From positions 1 to 37,124 of the forward strand of contig CAWHOE010000040.1 of NCBI GenBank assembly GCA_963830915.1: a DNA stretch of 37,124 nucleotides, given 5' to 3'. A model generated the notes under the pieces. The model saw nothing but the letters and a program-made list of their open reading frames with translations. It did not search any database and was not told the origin of the DNA. Shown here in pieces: positions 7,134-16,572 of this stretch. Position numbers and translations under genes: made by a program. How positions within the stretch are numbered: position 1 is the first letter of the stretch; each line of letters opens with the position of its first letter. The stretch is from a candidate division FCPU426 bacterium (GTDB taxonomy: Bacteria; Oederibacteriota; Muellerivitia; Muellerivitales; Muellerivitaceae).

Positions 7134-8624
7134 TCAAGATTTTAGATTGATCTGGAAAACAATATCACCCTTGTTTGTTGATTTATCAAAGACCTTGAGA
7201 CCCCCGTCATCCACTAAATCCGGCCCGATGCTGTAGATAAGCAGATCACCGCCATTTCTCTTTATTTTTAATTCTTGCCCATTAAAGGGGTCCGTCGCAT
7301 CTTCCTTGGATAAGCCATTCCTTTCCAGTTCACCGATATTTTCAGGCCAATGACCGAATTTCACATAATACCGTCTTGCTTCCAAAGCCATCACCGCTGT
7401 TTTCAATTGGGCTTCGTCCACCAGCGCCTTATCATAATATTCATTCCAACGGGGGAGGCCGATTTGAGCGAGAATCCATCCTTCCTTTTTGTATTCCGCC
7501 TTCGCCTTCTCATAGGCCGGTTTGATTAAAGGATAGGGCATATTGAAGCAATCCATGAATCTGATGTTTCCCCGGATAGCGGAAGCCGAATCAAATTGGG
7601 CAAATGGTTTAAAAAAGAAATATTCAAGAGGGTTATAAATCCTTTCACCAAAAATATTCGGTTCATTTTCACCCATTCGTTCCCAATGCAAAAAGAATTC
7701 AATGGATAAACCTGCTTTCATTTCGTGCGTCAAGTCCACGGGTTTCAAGTAAGAATTCCAGGTGGATTCGATTTTTTTAAGCGGGATATGTTGAAAACGG
7801 TATTGGGAAGAATTAAGAACAATTTTGTATTCGGCTATCCCGAGCATGTCACTAATCACTAAATGAATGGGCAAGATACTATGGGCCAGCCAAAGGTTTT
7901 CCTCAATTTCCCGGGCCGCTTGTTCATACCTTCCCGCTTTCGCATTCAGGATTTCCCGGCAACAGGCAAGACGCGACAGATGCAGTTGATAAGCCATCTT
8001 TGGGGGGCGATCATTTATACAATATCCGTAGGGCTGCCAATTGATCCGAGGACATTGAAAAGCCCTGTCCAGAAAGGTTAAGGCTTTTGAATAGGTCCTC
8101 AATGCCTTTTGGATTTGGATTTGGTTTTTAGAATCGATCTTTCCGCTTGCCGCTTCGCGGATAAAATCGCCAGTTAGGTCCGTTTCTTTATCTTTTTCAT
8201 GAGAATTTATTTCGCTCCTGGCCCGGTTAAGCCAAACCACGGCATTGTCCTCACTAGAATCAATGGGTACAGCATGAGGGACCTCAATAACATACCCCCG
8301 CTTTTTTGCTAGGTCCCAAACGTGGTCCAGGTAAAGGCTACTGAAGATACCCCACAAGATGGCGGCCAAGATCACACCAGCGCCTAAAGCGAGAAAACCC
8401 CAGTTCAAATCTCGAAATTTTAGTTGGGGCGAATCGGAAGGATGGGGCTTGATTTGTCGGCAGCCCCACAGGGTCACACCGATTAGAATTATAGGAACCA
8501 AAAATAGCGGAGATATTATCCATTCCTTCAAGCGGGGGTAGTTATAAACAAAAAGACCCAAGGCGCTGTAAATACCAGCCCCCAAACCGCTGAACAGAAT
8601 TACGATTCTCCTACGCCAAGCCAT
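7134..8624 (-). CDS. membrane-anchored protein with GspG/pseudopilin-like C-terminal motif (paralogue of 10260-12563)
   Basis: 3 N-terminal TM segments; C-terminus YYVKFGHWPENIGEL...DPFNG...IYSIGPDLVDDGG...GDIVF. Confidence 0.75.
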   Translation of the reverse strand: MAWRRRIVILFSGLGAGIYSALGLFVYNYPRLKEWIISPLFLVPIILIGVTLWGCRQIKPHPSDSPQLKFRDLNWGFLALGAGVILAAILWGIFSSLYLDHVWDLAKKRGYVIEVPHAVPIDSSEDNAVVWLNRARSEINSHEKDKETDLTGDFIREAASGKIDSKNQIQIQKALRTYSKALTFLDRAFQCPRINWQPYGYCINDRPPKMAYQLHLSRLACCREILNAKAGRYEQAAREIEENLWLAHSILPIHLVISDMLGIAEYKIVLNSSQYRFQHIPLKKIESTWNSYLKPVDLTHEMKAGLSIEFFLHWERMGENEPNIFGERIYNPLEYFFFKPFAQFDSASAIRGNIRFMDCFNMPYPLIKPAYEKAKAEYKKEGWILAQIGLPRWNEYYDKALVDEAQLKTAVMALEARRYYVKFGHWPENIGELERNGLSKEDATDPFNGQELKIKRNGGDLLIYSIGPDLVDDGGLKVFDKSTNKGDIVFQINLKS

Positions 8625-8713
8625 ATAAAACCACCTACCGAATCTATCAGATTAATTTAATCGGTCGTTATCTTTGTCCATTTCGGGTCCCTATCGCGGA
8701 AAACACACTGAAA

Positions 8714-10129
8714 TTATATTTGTTTAACTTCCTCTAATCGAATGATGTTTGTGGCTTCTGTCGTATTGCGTTCATCAACGAAGATTCGAATTTTTAAATA
8801 AGGCACAAAGAATTGTGTTAATTGCCGATAGCGAAGACCTTCCACGTGAAAAGAAATATTCGCTTCCTCCAACTGGCTAAACCAAAGTTGAACCATCTCA
8901 ACGTTATCCATTTCCGCAAGACAAACGTATTGATTCACTTTGTGGTCAAATTTCCATTTTTCGTAAATTTCTATGCCTAGAATTATCGTCGTCAGGATGA
9001 AAATAGGCTCAAGAAGGATATGGCTCAATTTTTCAATAGTTAATGAAAAATGGAAAAACAAAGTTGAATCATTTATTAAAACCGCGAAAGCGGACATCAC
9101 AAGCCAAAAAATGAAATAAGGCTTCAATTTATCCCGATTAGGAAGCCAAGACGCCCGTCCTTCCAGGTGATAATTGACCCAGTACGTGTTGGTAAATAAT
9201 AGCCAAAGCAAATATGATGTCGCTCCTAAATCAACCATATCCGCCCCGACCCAAAGCATATTTCGTAAGGTTCCGTCATCCGAAGAAACTCCGTTGTGGA
9301 ACCAAACCATTTGGAGAATCAAAACTAAAACGCCCAAACCACCCGTAATCGTCTGAGGGACGAGCGAAGTTTTCACTTGGAACATTTTTTCCTGCGTCTG
9401 GTAAGTCACCACAGGGTTGCGAAGAAACCATTGATAAATAAAATCTAAAATTTTCCTTCTTTTTTGAAACATGACAAACCCCACGCCGATAATTGCGAAA
9501 AGAAAGTATATAAAATTCATTTTTTCATTAAAGTTAGAAAAGTGAATGTCAGTGGGTAAGCCAAAAAAAGACCCGCCCATTTTTAACACTCGCAGGTCTG
9601 ATTGGATTCCATAAATTAAACCGAGCGTTTTAGATACCAGGGGTTGGACGAAGAGGAAAAGAATAAAACCATTTACCAAACCATACTGGGTCACATTTGT
9701 AGCGATCAAGTAGAAAATCAAGACACCGTTAACTAAGCAGGAACATAGAATTATTTGAGCAGCTAATCCGTTTATGCCAAATATTTCTACCGCGTAATCG
9801 GGGCCAAAAGACTTAATAAGTTCACCAGAACCCCATCCTTGAAATATGGCCATAAGAAACATTAAAACAAGCTGAACCCGATGTATTTTCCCCCTACCTG
9901 CAATCCCTTGTGTTCTCCATCGTTTCAAGGGATTTATTAAAAAGGAAATAATTTCTATAAACGCAAAACCACCATATATCGATGTTGAACCAAGCGCAAA
10001 CAATCCGATTGAGGGATTGCTTACGTGGGATGAAGTAAAATCAGGGTAATGGTAGAGTGGAAAAAGTGAAAGAAGGTAATAGAGCAGTACAGCCCCTAAC
10101 GTCACCACATAACGCATTTGATTCTTCAT
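8714..10129 (-). CDS. divergent SecY-like membrane protein with C-terminal DUF2007-like domain
   Basis: RYVVTLGAVLLY, SIGLFALG, LKRWRTQGIAGRGKI, MAIFQG, IATNVTQYGLVNG parallel SecY TM1-5 motifs; about 10 hydrophobic segments; soluble tail LEEANISFHVEG...IRIFVDE..EA. Confidence 0.7.
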   Translation of the reverse strand: MKNQMRYVVTLGAVLLYYLLSLFPLYHYPDFTSSHVSNPSIGLFALGSTSIYGGFAFIEIISFLINPLKRWRTQGIAGRGKIHRVQLVLMFLMAIFQGWGSGELIKSFGPDYAVEIFGINGLAAQIILCSCLVNGVLIFYLIATNVTQYGLVNGFILFLFVQPLVSKTLGLIYGIQSDLRVLKMGGSFFGLPTDIHFSNFNEKMNFIYFLFAIIGVGFVMFQKRRKILDFIYQWFLRNPVVTYQTQEKMFQVKTSLVPQTITGGLGVLVLILQMVWFHNGVSSDDGTLRNMLWVGADMVDLGATSYLLWLLFTNTYWVNYHLEGRASWLPNRDKLKPYFIFWLVMSAFAVLINDSTLFFHFSLTIEKLSHILLEPIFILTTIILGIEIYEKWKFDHKVNQYVCLAEMDNVEMVQLWFSQLEEANISFHVEGLRYRQLTQFFVPYLKIRIFVDERNTTEATNIIRLEEVKQI

Positions 10130-10259
10130 AAAAAATCCATTCCGAACGACCTTACAGAACTTTTATTTTAATTCCTATGCGTAAGGTTGTTTGTACACGA
10201 AAGGTTTTCGTCCTAGATATTCCAAAAGAGCCGGTTAATGTAAAATTCTGTTTTTTTTC

Positions 10260-12563
10260 TTATTTCGTTAAAATCCAACCAAAGTTAAAAGGGTAATAAT
10301 TGTTTTTTAGGTCGATTGGCATCCCCTGGTTGTCTTGGCCTTGTGGCCCGAGACTATAAATCAGGATACCATTCCCATATCGCATGATCCTTAAGTTGTA
10401 ATGATCCGTAAAAGGGTCTAAATAATCGTCCCAGTTCTTTTTATCTAATTCCCATACCGCATCAGGCCAACGTTTAAATTTTAAGTGAAAGATTCTTGCT
10501 TCAACCGCCGCATGTGCCAGACGGCAATAGGTTATTGTTTGTTGCAAGCGGTAGAAATCCGGGAAATTCGTATCGTCCCACATCAAGCCGAACATCCAAC
10601 CTTGTTTTTGGTAATCCTGATCAGCCTTATCCCATGCTTTCTTGATTTCCGCATAGGGAAGCTTAAAGGCATTTAGTTTCTGTATTTGAGCCTCGTAGTA
10701 AGAAGCCGCATCCAACATATAGGAAGCTTTATAATCTTTATGAGCGAATGTTTCATACCAACCTTCTTTTGTCGCAAAATAATTCATTTGAACACTTTTC
10801 ATAAACTCATCGTTGAGCTCTTGTGGGTTCAATAATGGCAGAAGATCTTTTTCTTCTACTCGTGGATCAATAAAAGGTTCGATAGCGTGCATGGCATCAA
10901 TCATGATTTTGCAAACTGCACCATGAATCAGAATATCGATAGAGAAACTCTTTTCACCTTCAGCATCACCAATGAAAAGACCAGTTTTTATGCTACTTAA
11001 TGCCTCTTGGGGCAGTCCATCCCGTGCCTGGACGACGGCTTGACACAAAAGAAGACGAGAGAAATTCATATTCGGGCCACTTGTTGGAATTTTTATGTCG
11101 TATGAAGGCTTAATGGTAAAATCCATCCCCCAATCCACCTTGTGTTTTTCATAAGCCATTTCAAGCAATTGAAGGATATCCGCATGCGACTTGAGAAGTT
11201 TTTGGGCGTAAAGCATTTCTTCCGAGGAGAGGGTACCTTCCCTGGCATGGATTTGAAAATCCACCAAAAAGTCGTATTCAGTTTTTTTGCCGTAAAAAGC
11301 TTTTTTCCAAAGGGGATTTGTCATGCTTTGCAAAGGCCCGATTGATTTGGCTTCAGCAGCCTTTTTCAGATAGGTAACCGAGTTTTCTTTTTCTGGTATA
11401 GGAACCGCGTTCTTCGGCATATCGAAACTGTAACCTGCGGCGGTTACATCCTTCTTGGATTTATCTAAAGCGGCTTGGCCGAAATGATCCCATAAAGTCC
11501 AAGTTAATATTGCACCGACTGTCATGGATAAAAGACCCGTTGAAAACAATATCGAAAATTGACGAACAGGTTTTTGAGTAGAAACCTGCGGCCAAAGTCT
11601 TTCCCATCCAGCCAATTTTATAATTATTAGAAAAAACAAGATTAATGAGAAAATCCAAACCCATAACCAAATGTTCCTTAAACCCAACGGTATGAATTTG
11701 AACATAGAAAAATGAAGGTTTATCCATAAAATCCCCCAAAGAGCTCCGGAAAGGATTACCCTTCCCAATGGTTCTTTTTGTTCAGGTAAAGGTGCCGGAT
11801 TGTAGGACTTATGCTTTTGCAAAATTTTTCTCAGAGTAAGGTAATTGCTCAGTACTTGTCGACTTTCAACAGAGTAAACTTTGCCGTCTTTGGCGGTTAT
11901 TTTCAAAAAAGGTAGTCGTCTAAAAATAGAAATCTTTGTTCCCATATCAAGCCGGTCGATTTCAAGCCAAGCTATGGTTTCAATTATTTGTGAGCCCCTT
12001 ATTTGAATACCCTTGCGGTTGATTACGAAGGAACTGTTTGGAACCCATTTGAAAGTTTGTGGTAATGAAGGTACCGGCATTCGTTTAACAAATTCAGAAA
12101 AAACACGTTCTCTGATTAAAGGATATTCCCTTAACCCCCCGATAAGTATTTTCCGTTTACCCGATTGATCAAAAAGGAAAGGAGACAAACCGAATTTGCA
12201 ATTTTTAGTGGAAAAATCCCCTATCTCATCCCACCCGATAAAAGTCTGGATGCCTCGTTTATCGGTTTTGGCGATGCCCGAATGACTGACTTCAAGGGAT
12301 CTTTTTCCTAAACTTTTGATATAGAAAGCTGTAATTAAACATCCCAAACCCAAGAGGCTGCAAAAGAAGATTCCAATGAAGTCCCCCAAGCTTGGACAAT
12401 CGGAACATTTCAAAACATACCAAACGGACCAAAAAAGGAGCCCTGCCAAAAGGATGAATAACCAAAAAACAAGGGAATCCCATCTGCCCAATGGATAAGT
12501 TTGCGTTGAGGATTTAGAGGCGGGTTTTCGGATCACGGACTTATACCCTTTTAAAAAAGACAT
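10260..12563 (-). CDS. membrane protein with two PH-like segments and GspG-like C-terminal motif
   Basis: TM pairs; LEVSHSGI..IGWDEI and VINRKGI..IAWLEI repeats; C-terminal half aligns by eye with 7134-8624 (FHLKFKRWPD..DPFT..IYSLGPQGQDNQG). Confidence 0.75.
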   Translation of the reverse strand: MSFLKGYKSVIRKPASKSSTQTYPLGRWDSLVFWLFILLAGLLFWSVWYVLKCSDCPSLGDFIGIFFCSLLGLGCLITAFYIKSLGKRSLEVSHSGIAKTDKRGIQTFIGWDEIGDFSTKNCKFGLSPFLFDQSGKRKILIGGLREYPLIRERVFSEFVKRMPVPSLPQTFKWVPNSSFVINRKGIQIRGSQIIETIAWLEIDRLDMGTKISIFRRLPFLKITAKDGKVYSVESRQVLSNYLTLRKILQKHKSYNPAPLPEQKEPLGRVILSGALWGILWINLHFSMFKFIPLGLRNIWLWVWIFSLILFFLIIIKLAGWERLWPQVSTQKPVRQFSILFSTGLLSMTVGAILTWTLWDHFGQAALDKSKKDVTAAGYSFDMPKNAVPIPEKENSVTYLKKAAEAKSIGPLQSMTNPLWKKAFYGKKTEYDFLVDFQIHAREGTLSSEEMLYAQKLLKSHADILQLLEMAYEKHKVDWGMDFTIKPSYDIKIPTSGPNMNFSRLLLCQAVVQARDGLPQEALSSIKTGLFIGDAEGEKSFSIDILIHGAVCKIMIDAMHAIEPFIDPRVEEKDLLPLLNPQELNDEFMKSVQMNYFATKEGWYETFAHKDYKASYMLDAASYYEAQIQKLNAFKLPYAEIKKAWDKADQDYQKQGWMFGLMWDDTNFPDFYRLQQTITYCRLAHAAVEARIFHLKFKRWPDAVWELDKKNWDDYLDPFTDHYNLRIMRYGNGILIYSLGPQGQDNQGMPIDLKNNYYPFNFGWILTK

Positions 12564-12718
12564 ACTGAACTACCAATTAGTTTAACTCTTCTTCCTAATC
12601 ACCGGTTCATTTTTGGATTTGGTCTGAAAATATGGCTTAAATCCCGCAATAATCTAAGAATTGGTTCTTTTAAAACAATATTCGGAATTGTTTTCTTATT
12701 TAGAGTTTTTCAATTCAA

Positions 12719-13114
12719 CTATTTTGAAACATGCCGCAAAAGAAGATCCGTGGGTGTAAAAAGTTCTTCGAATTCAACACCATAAGCCCCAGCTAGGCCC
12801 TCAAGGACTTTAAGCGTTGGGTTGGCGGTCGGTTTCGCATCTTCCAAATTCTGGTAGGTAGCCATCCCTATTTCGGCGCGAATAGCGGCTTGTTTCTGTG
12901 TCCACCCTCTTTGAGAACGTAGCATTCCAAGCTTTACGGCTAACCTAGCGGAAAGGGATGGATTTTTAAGCCGTTCGTATAAGTCCGGACGGTTCTTTTT
13001 GAGTCTTGAAAGGTACTCGGGGCCGCTTCCATGCAGGTAATTCTCTTTCAAGAATTTATCCAAGGCCACTTTTTTCTCTGGCGATACTTTTTTAGTCTTT
13101 TGAATCGTCCGCAT
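12719..13114 (-). CDS. XRE-family HTH protein, HigA-like antitoxin
   Basis: LRSQRGWTQKQAAIRAEIGMATYQNLE..NPTLKVLEGLAGAYGV; overlaps the upstream small gene. Confidence 0.85.
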   Translation of the reverse strand: MRTIQKTKKVSPEKKVALDKFLKENYLHGSGPEYLSRLKKNRPDLYERLKNPSLSARLAVKLGMLRSQRGWTQKQAAIRAEIGMATYQNLEDAKPTANPTLKVLEGLAGAYGVEFEELFTPTDLLLRHVSK

Positions 13115-13415
13115 AGTAGGCCTCCATTTCCTTAATCTTAGCGATATGTTGTTTTAGGGTCTTAACATCCTTTTCCCTCGGCTCACCTCTTCGCTCTATA
13201 TGCCCTGCCAAGAAAAAGATCACCTCTAAAACATGGGAAACATAAATTGTGTACCTCAGGTACCTCTTTTCAGTCTCAATAGCCATTTCATGCTCGCCCT
13301 GGGAAGGGGGCGTATTCATCAATTCGTCCCTCTGGACGGAATAAATCTCGAACTCTTCCCCTGTTAAAACAGCCATAAGGAACCGATCAAAATCCTTTTG
13401 AATCTGTATTTGCAT
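13092..13415 (-). CDS. putative RelE/HigB-like toxin (divergent)
   Basis: 107 aa, toxin-first order before an XRE gene; LRYTIYV..IFFLAGHIERRGEPREKDVKTLK resembles the Gp49/HigB C-terminus. Confidence 0.55.
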   Translation of the reverse strand: MQIQIQKDFDRFLMAVLTGEEFEIYSVQRDELMNTPPSQGEHEMAIETEKRYLRYTIYVSHVLEVIFFLAGHIERRGEPREKDVKTLKQHIAKIKEMEAYYADDSKD

Positions 13416-13429
13416 TTATCCTCCCTAAA

Positions 13430-13458
13430 ATGATACATAATATATTATGTATCGTCAA
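13430..13458 (-). promoter_or_regulatory. sigma70-type promoter with perfect 22-bp palindromic operator
   Basis: Minus strand TTGACG-17 bp-TATCAT; GATACATAATATATTATGTATC (13432-13453) fills the spacer; AGGGAGG RBS follows. Confidence 0.8.
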
Positions 13459-13473
13459 TACGCCCAATTTCCT

Positions 13474-14294
13474 CTAATCCAACGGTTTATCTAGCTGGTG
13501 CCAAATCCCCTTGAAACGATTGAGTAGTTGCCTTTTCTAAATCCGTTACAAACCACTTTTCTTGGTCCTCGGCCTTAACCTTCAATTTGAGCGCCCGGAT
13601 CATTCGCAATGCGTACTTATATCCCGACGAAACCACAAGCTTGAAAGCGTGGGGATAGCCATCCTTCAAGTTATCGACCATATCGCTTATTTTCTTATCC
13701 CCATAAGGTTGGTTTTCATATTCAAGAGTGAATGCCATCCTCACCCCGTCAAGATCAGCTTCAAAGTAACCATCCGGGGTTCTTCTTCCTTTGGGGTTAG
13801 GGTTAAAACCAATAGAACGCCACTTTCCTTTATTCAATTTGCCCTCAAGGAATTCGGCCTTTACGGATGGACTAATTCCTGAACGCAATTCAAAATCAGA
13901 AACCCAAAATAACATTTTTCAGGTCTTCATTAGTCTCGAAGGAAATTCTCAAGGTCTGCACTAAAAGGTCATGATCCTTTTCTTTCGTGTTAATTTTGAC
14001 GGGGTACTTTGTGCTTCTAACTAAAATCTTGTTTGTCACATCCAAAGTTCGGATGGCGTGTGCGGTTAAGAAATAATTCGCCCTTTGAAAAATATTATCT
14101 TGTTGCACATGAAGGAACCCAACTTCCGGGGTGGCATATTCATTCAATACGCGGCAGGCATGGCGGTAGGATTGGGAAGGAATGAACTTTTTATTAAACA
14201 ATTCCGGGACAATAAACTTGTTTGAGTGAATCCAAACCAATCGTTCCTCTTCAACTACGGTCATAGGGAGTAGGTCTCTCGGCTTTCCTCCCAT
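13474..14294 (-). CDS. replication-relaxation (Replic_Relax-like) protein, frameshifted near 13910 and possibly 13515
   Basis: wHTH-like N-terminus with YFLT, then HDLLV, WVSDFELR, TPDGYF..LEYE. Joins ORFs 13896-14297 and 13487-13915; TGATG overlap with the T4CP stop. Confidence 0.7.
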
Positions 14295-16189
14295 CAACTG
14301 GTTTTACCAAAATCGGGCTTATGTAATGCGTTCGGAGCTTTCACTTCCTTGGTCGGTGTTTCTGGTTTCGGAGGTTCTACCTTCACAGTTTTATTTGGTG
14401 TTTCCGGTTTCTTAGTTTCGGCCTTTACGGGTTTTGGTGGTACGGTTGGTTTCGAGGCAGAAATAATCTTAGGTACTTCAATCTTGTTGAACTCGTTTTG
14501 CTTCAAATGGTTGTTTCGTATTGGGACACACCCCACATAATCAAATTCCCTAGGCGGCGGTTTGACTTCCTTGAGCTTCATCTTGAAAACCTTCGGTCCC
14601 CCGACATATACAATCCTGCATACAGCTTCCCCGCGTTTCATTCCCCTCAAGTAATTAGGATGGATGATGAACTCCTCATCCTGTTTTTCGGTCCTTCCCC
14701 TGGGCTGGGATACACGGGTGTCATAGGAATAAACGTCTTTCTTGGTGACCTTGGTCCCGAATATCGAAGCGAAGAAATCAACCGTGTCTTTCTCGGTTAT
14801 GTTCATCACAATTTTGTGGTTGGTGTTGGTCAGAATGTCGTCCTTGAATTCCTGGCTGACAGCCCCCAACTGGCCCAAGCTGTGGTGTGCCAAAAAGAAG
14901 CAAACATTGGCTTCCCTTCCCAAGGAAATAAGGTCATTAAGCCCTGGATAAGCGGCGGTATAGAACTCGTCCAAAAAGACAAAAAAGGGCCTTTCCGGCT
15001 TCTCAATAAGCCTCCGCCCAATAACCCCAGCCAAGTCAGTTAGGGCCGAAATAATGACCGGTTTGGAGTCCTCCTGGTTCACCAGGGAAGAGGTTCCAAA
15101 TAGGAATATCTGTTGTTTCTCAACAACATCCCTCATCTTGATATCCGGGTTTAGGGTATTGATAAGGGGTGACCATTCGCGGGTGGTGAAACGAGCCAAT
15201 TTGCTGGTTAAGCCTGAAAGATTAAGCTCCCTGTCCTTCTCCGACATATTGACCCACTTTTCCAGGAAGTATTTCCCCGAGACGGTGTCCTCGTGTTTCC
15301 GGGCCAAGACCTTGATCGAATCGAACGACCTGATCTCGTTTGAGATAAGGTTCTGGTAATCCATCCGGGTAACGTGCTTGAACTCCAAGAAAAGAAGGTT
15401 GGTAAGGTTGCTCAAAACGTCGCTGGCTTGGTCCCGGTAATATTCCTGCGTCACAGGCCCGTAAAAGATCGACTTCATGAGGCCATTGAAGACCTCATCC
15501 GGTTTGTCCTTGAAATCCGGGTTGTAAGTCTGGCTCCTTTTAACATCTGCCAAATCAAAATACTTAAGGTCATGGAGCCGCCCGTATTTCTGGGCGTAAT
15601 AGGGAATGTGTTTGTTGTAGTTGGATTTGGCGTCAAAAACAAACATCCCCAAACCGTTCCTGATCCCCTGTTCAATCATGTGGTTGAAGATGTTGGTTTT
15701 TCCCATGCCGGAAGATCCGATGACTTCCGTGTGGTACTTGAGCAGTTCAGCAGGAATGAAAAACTTGTTTTCCGCATCTAGGTATAAAGAGAATTTTCCG
15801 CCTTCATGGCGGGGCGACTCGCCCGGATGTTCCGGGATATGCCTCATGAAAAAGTGAATGAAATAAATGCAAAAGCCGATCAGGATGGAAAGCCCCATCA
15901 CCACATCCCCCGTGAACCCCTCGGTTCCCAGGAACACCCCGAAAAAGTCATGGCAAAAGGCTAGGGCTATAACGGCAGGGGCTAAGGCTAATACGTGGTT
16001 CATTCGGACATGCTTCTCAAACAGGTAGAGAAAACCAACGGAAAGGGCCGAAACCGTGTCAAATGGGGTGACGGATGGGGAAATGATCCCTAAGACCTCT
16101 AGGGTGAATTTAAGGCCCGAATAGACCCCAAATCCGGCTAAGACAGGAGGGGTGTGCACCTCAACTGCTTTAAAAAAATTCTTAAACAT
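14294..16189 (-). CDS. type IV secretion coupling protein (VirD4/TraD/TraG-like)
   Basis: N-terminal TMs, HTEVIGSSGMGKT Walker A, FDAK, YNP, VFLDEF Walker B, GREANV..HHSLGQL..NTN; GGGGAAGG RBS before ATG 16189. Confidence 0.9.
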   Translation of the reverse strand: MFKNFFKAVEVHTPPVLAGFGVYSGLKFTLEVLGIISPSVTPFDTVSALSVGFLYLFEKHVRMNHVLALAPAVIALAFCHDFFGVFLGTEGFTGDVVMGLSILIGFCIYFIHFFMRHIPEHPGESPRHEGGKFSLYLDAENKFFIPAELLKYHTEVIGSSGMGKTNIFNHMIEQGIRNGLGMFVFDAKSNYNKHIPYYAQKYGRLHDLKYFDLADVKRSQTYNPDFKDKPDEVFNGLMKSIFYGPVTQEYYRDQASDVLSNLTNLLFLEFKHVTRMDYQNLISNEIRSFDSIKVLARKHEDTVSGKYFLEKWVNMSEKDRELNLSGLTSKLARFTTREWSPLINTLNPDIKMRDVVEKQQIFLFGTSSLVNQEDSKPVIISALTDLAGVIGRRLIEKPERPFFVFLDEFYTAAYPGLNDLISLGREANVCFFLAHHSLGQLGAVSQEFKDDILTNTNHKIVMNITEKDTVDFFASIFGTKVTKKDVYSYDTRVSQPRGRTEKQDEEFIIHPNYLRGMKRGEAVCRIVYVGGPKVFKMKLKEVKPPPREFDYVGCVPIRNNHLKQNEFNKIEVPKIISASKPTVPPKPVKAETKKPETPNKTVKVEPPKPETPTKEVKAPNALHKPDFGKTS

Positions 16190-16276
16190 TATTTGGCCTT
16201 CCCCGCTGATTAAGTGTTTCAATACCTCTTTAGATTTATTCAGTTGGGGGAATGTTGCAAGCCGAATCAGGGGGAG

Positions 16277-16443
16277 AGCTCAATAGACTTTTTATCTAGT
16301 GGACGCAACCCAAAGCTCAATAGAGTTCTGCTCTATCGAGCCTAAAGCTCAATAGACTTTTGACTATTTTTTGCTGTCATATACGTGTCATTCAAAGTCG
16401 TTTTTTACCGTTTTTGACCATCCCCGACTATCCTTGACCATCC
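16277..16443. repeat. att/oriT-proximal short repeats
   Basis: AGCTCAATAGA at 16277, 16314 and 16346 plus an inverted copy at 16331-16341; tandem 10-mers TTGACCATCC-CCGACTATCC-TTGACCATCC at 16414-16443. Confidence 0.7.
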
Positions 16444-16572
16444 CAAACAAAAAAGGCCCGCGCCGGAAAATTTTAAAAATTTTCCCGGACGCGAGCCTCG
16501 GAAATTCAGCAAGGGACAATGATTTTAGGGTCTTTTTAAGAAAATTCGATCACACATCGCGAGATCAAAAAA

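Larger units (their letters stand above)
1..16572. mobile_element. tRNA-Leu-anchored genomic island / integrative mobilisable element (right part; left end outside window)
   Basis: Starts at the 3' end of tRNA-Leu. Contains T4CP, Replic_Relax-like, TA, SRAP, ardC, radC and DUF2958 genes plus visibly AT-richer cargo; housekeeping genes resume beyond the tRNA. No integrase or second att copy seen in the window. Confidence 0.85.

Noticed and set aside
8714..10129. Calling this gene secY or secY2
   Set aside because: Too diverged in the C-half, has an extra domain, and lacks both ribosomal-operon and secA2/asp context.
16277..16443. Possible CRISPR array
   Set aside because: Repeats are only 10-18 bp, few and irregular, with no cas genes. 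The 259/658 and 4723/4983 pairs are also not arrays.
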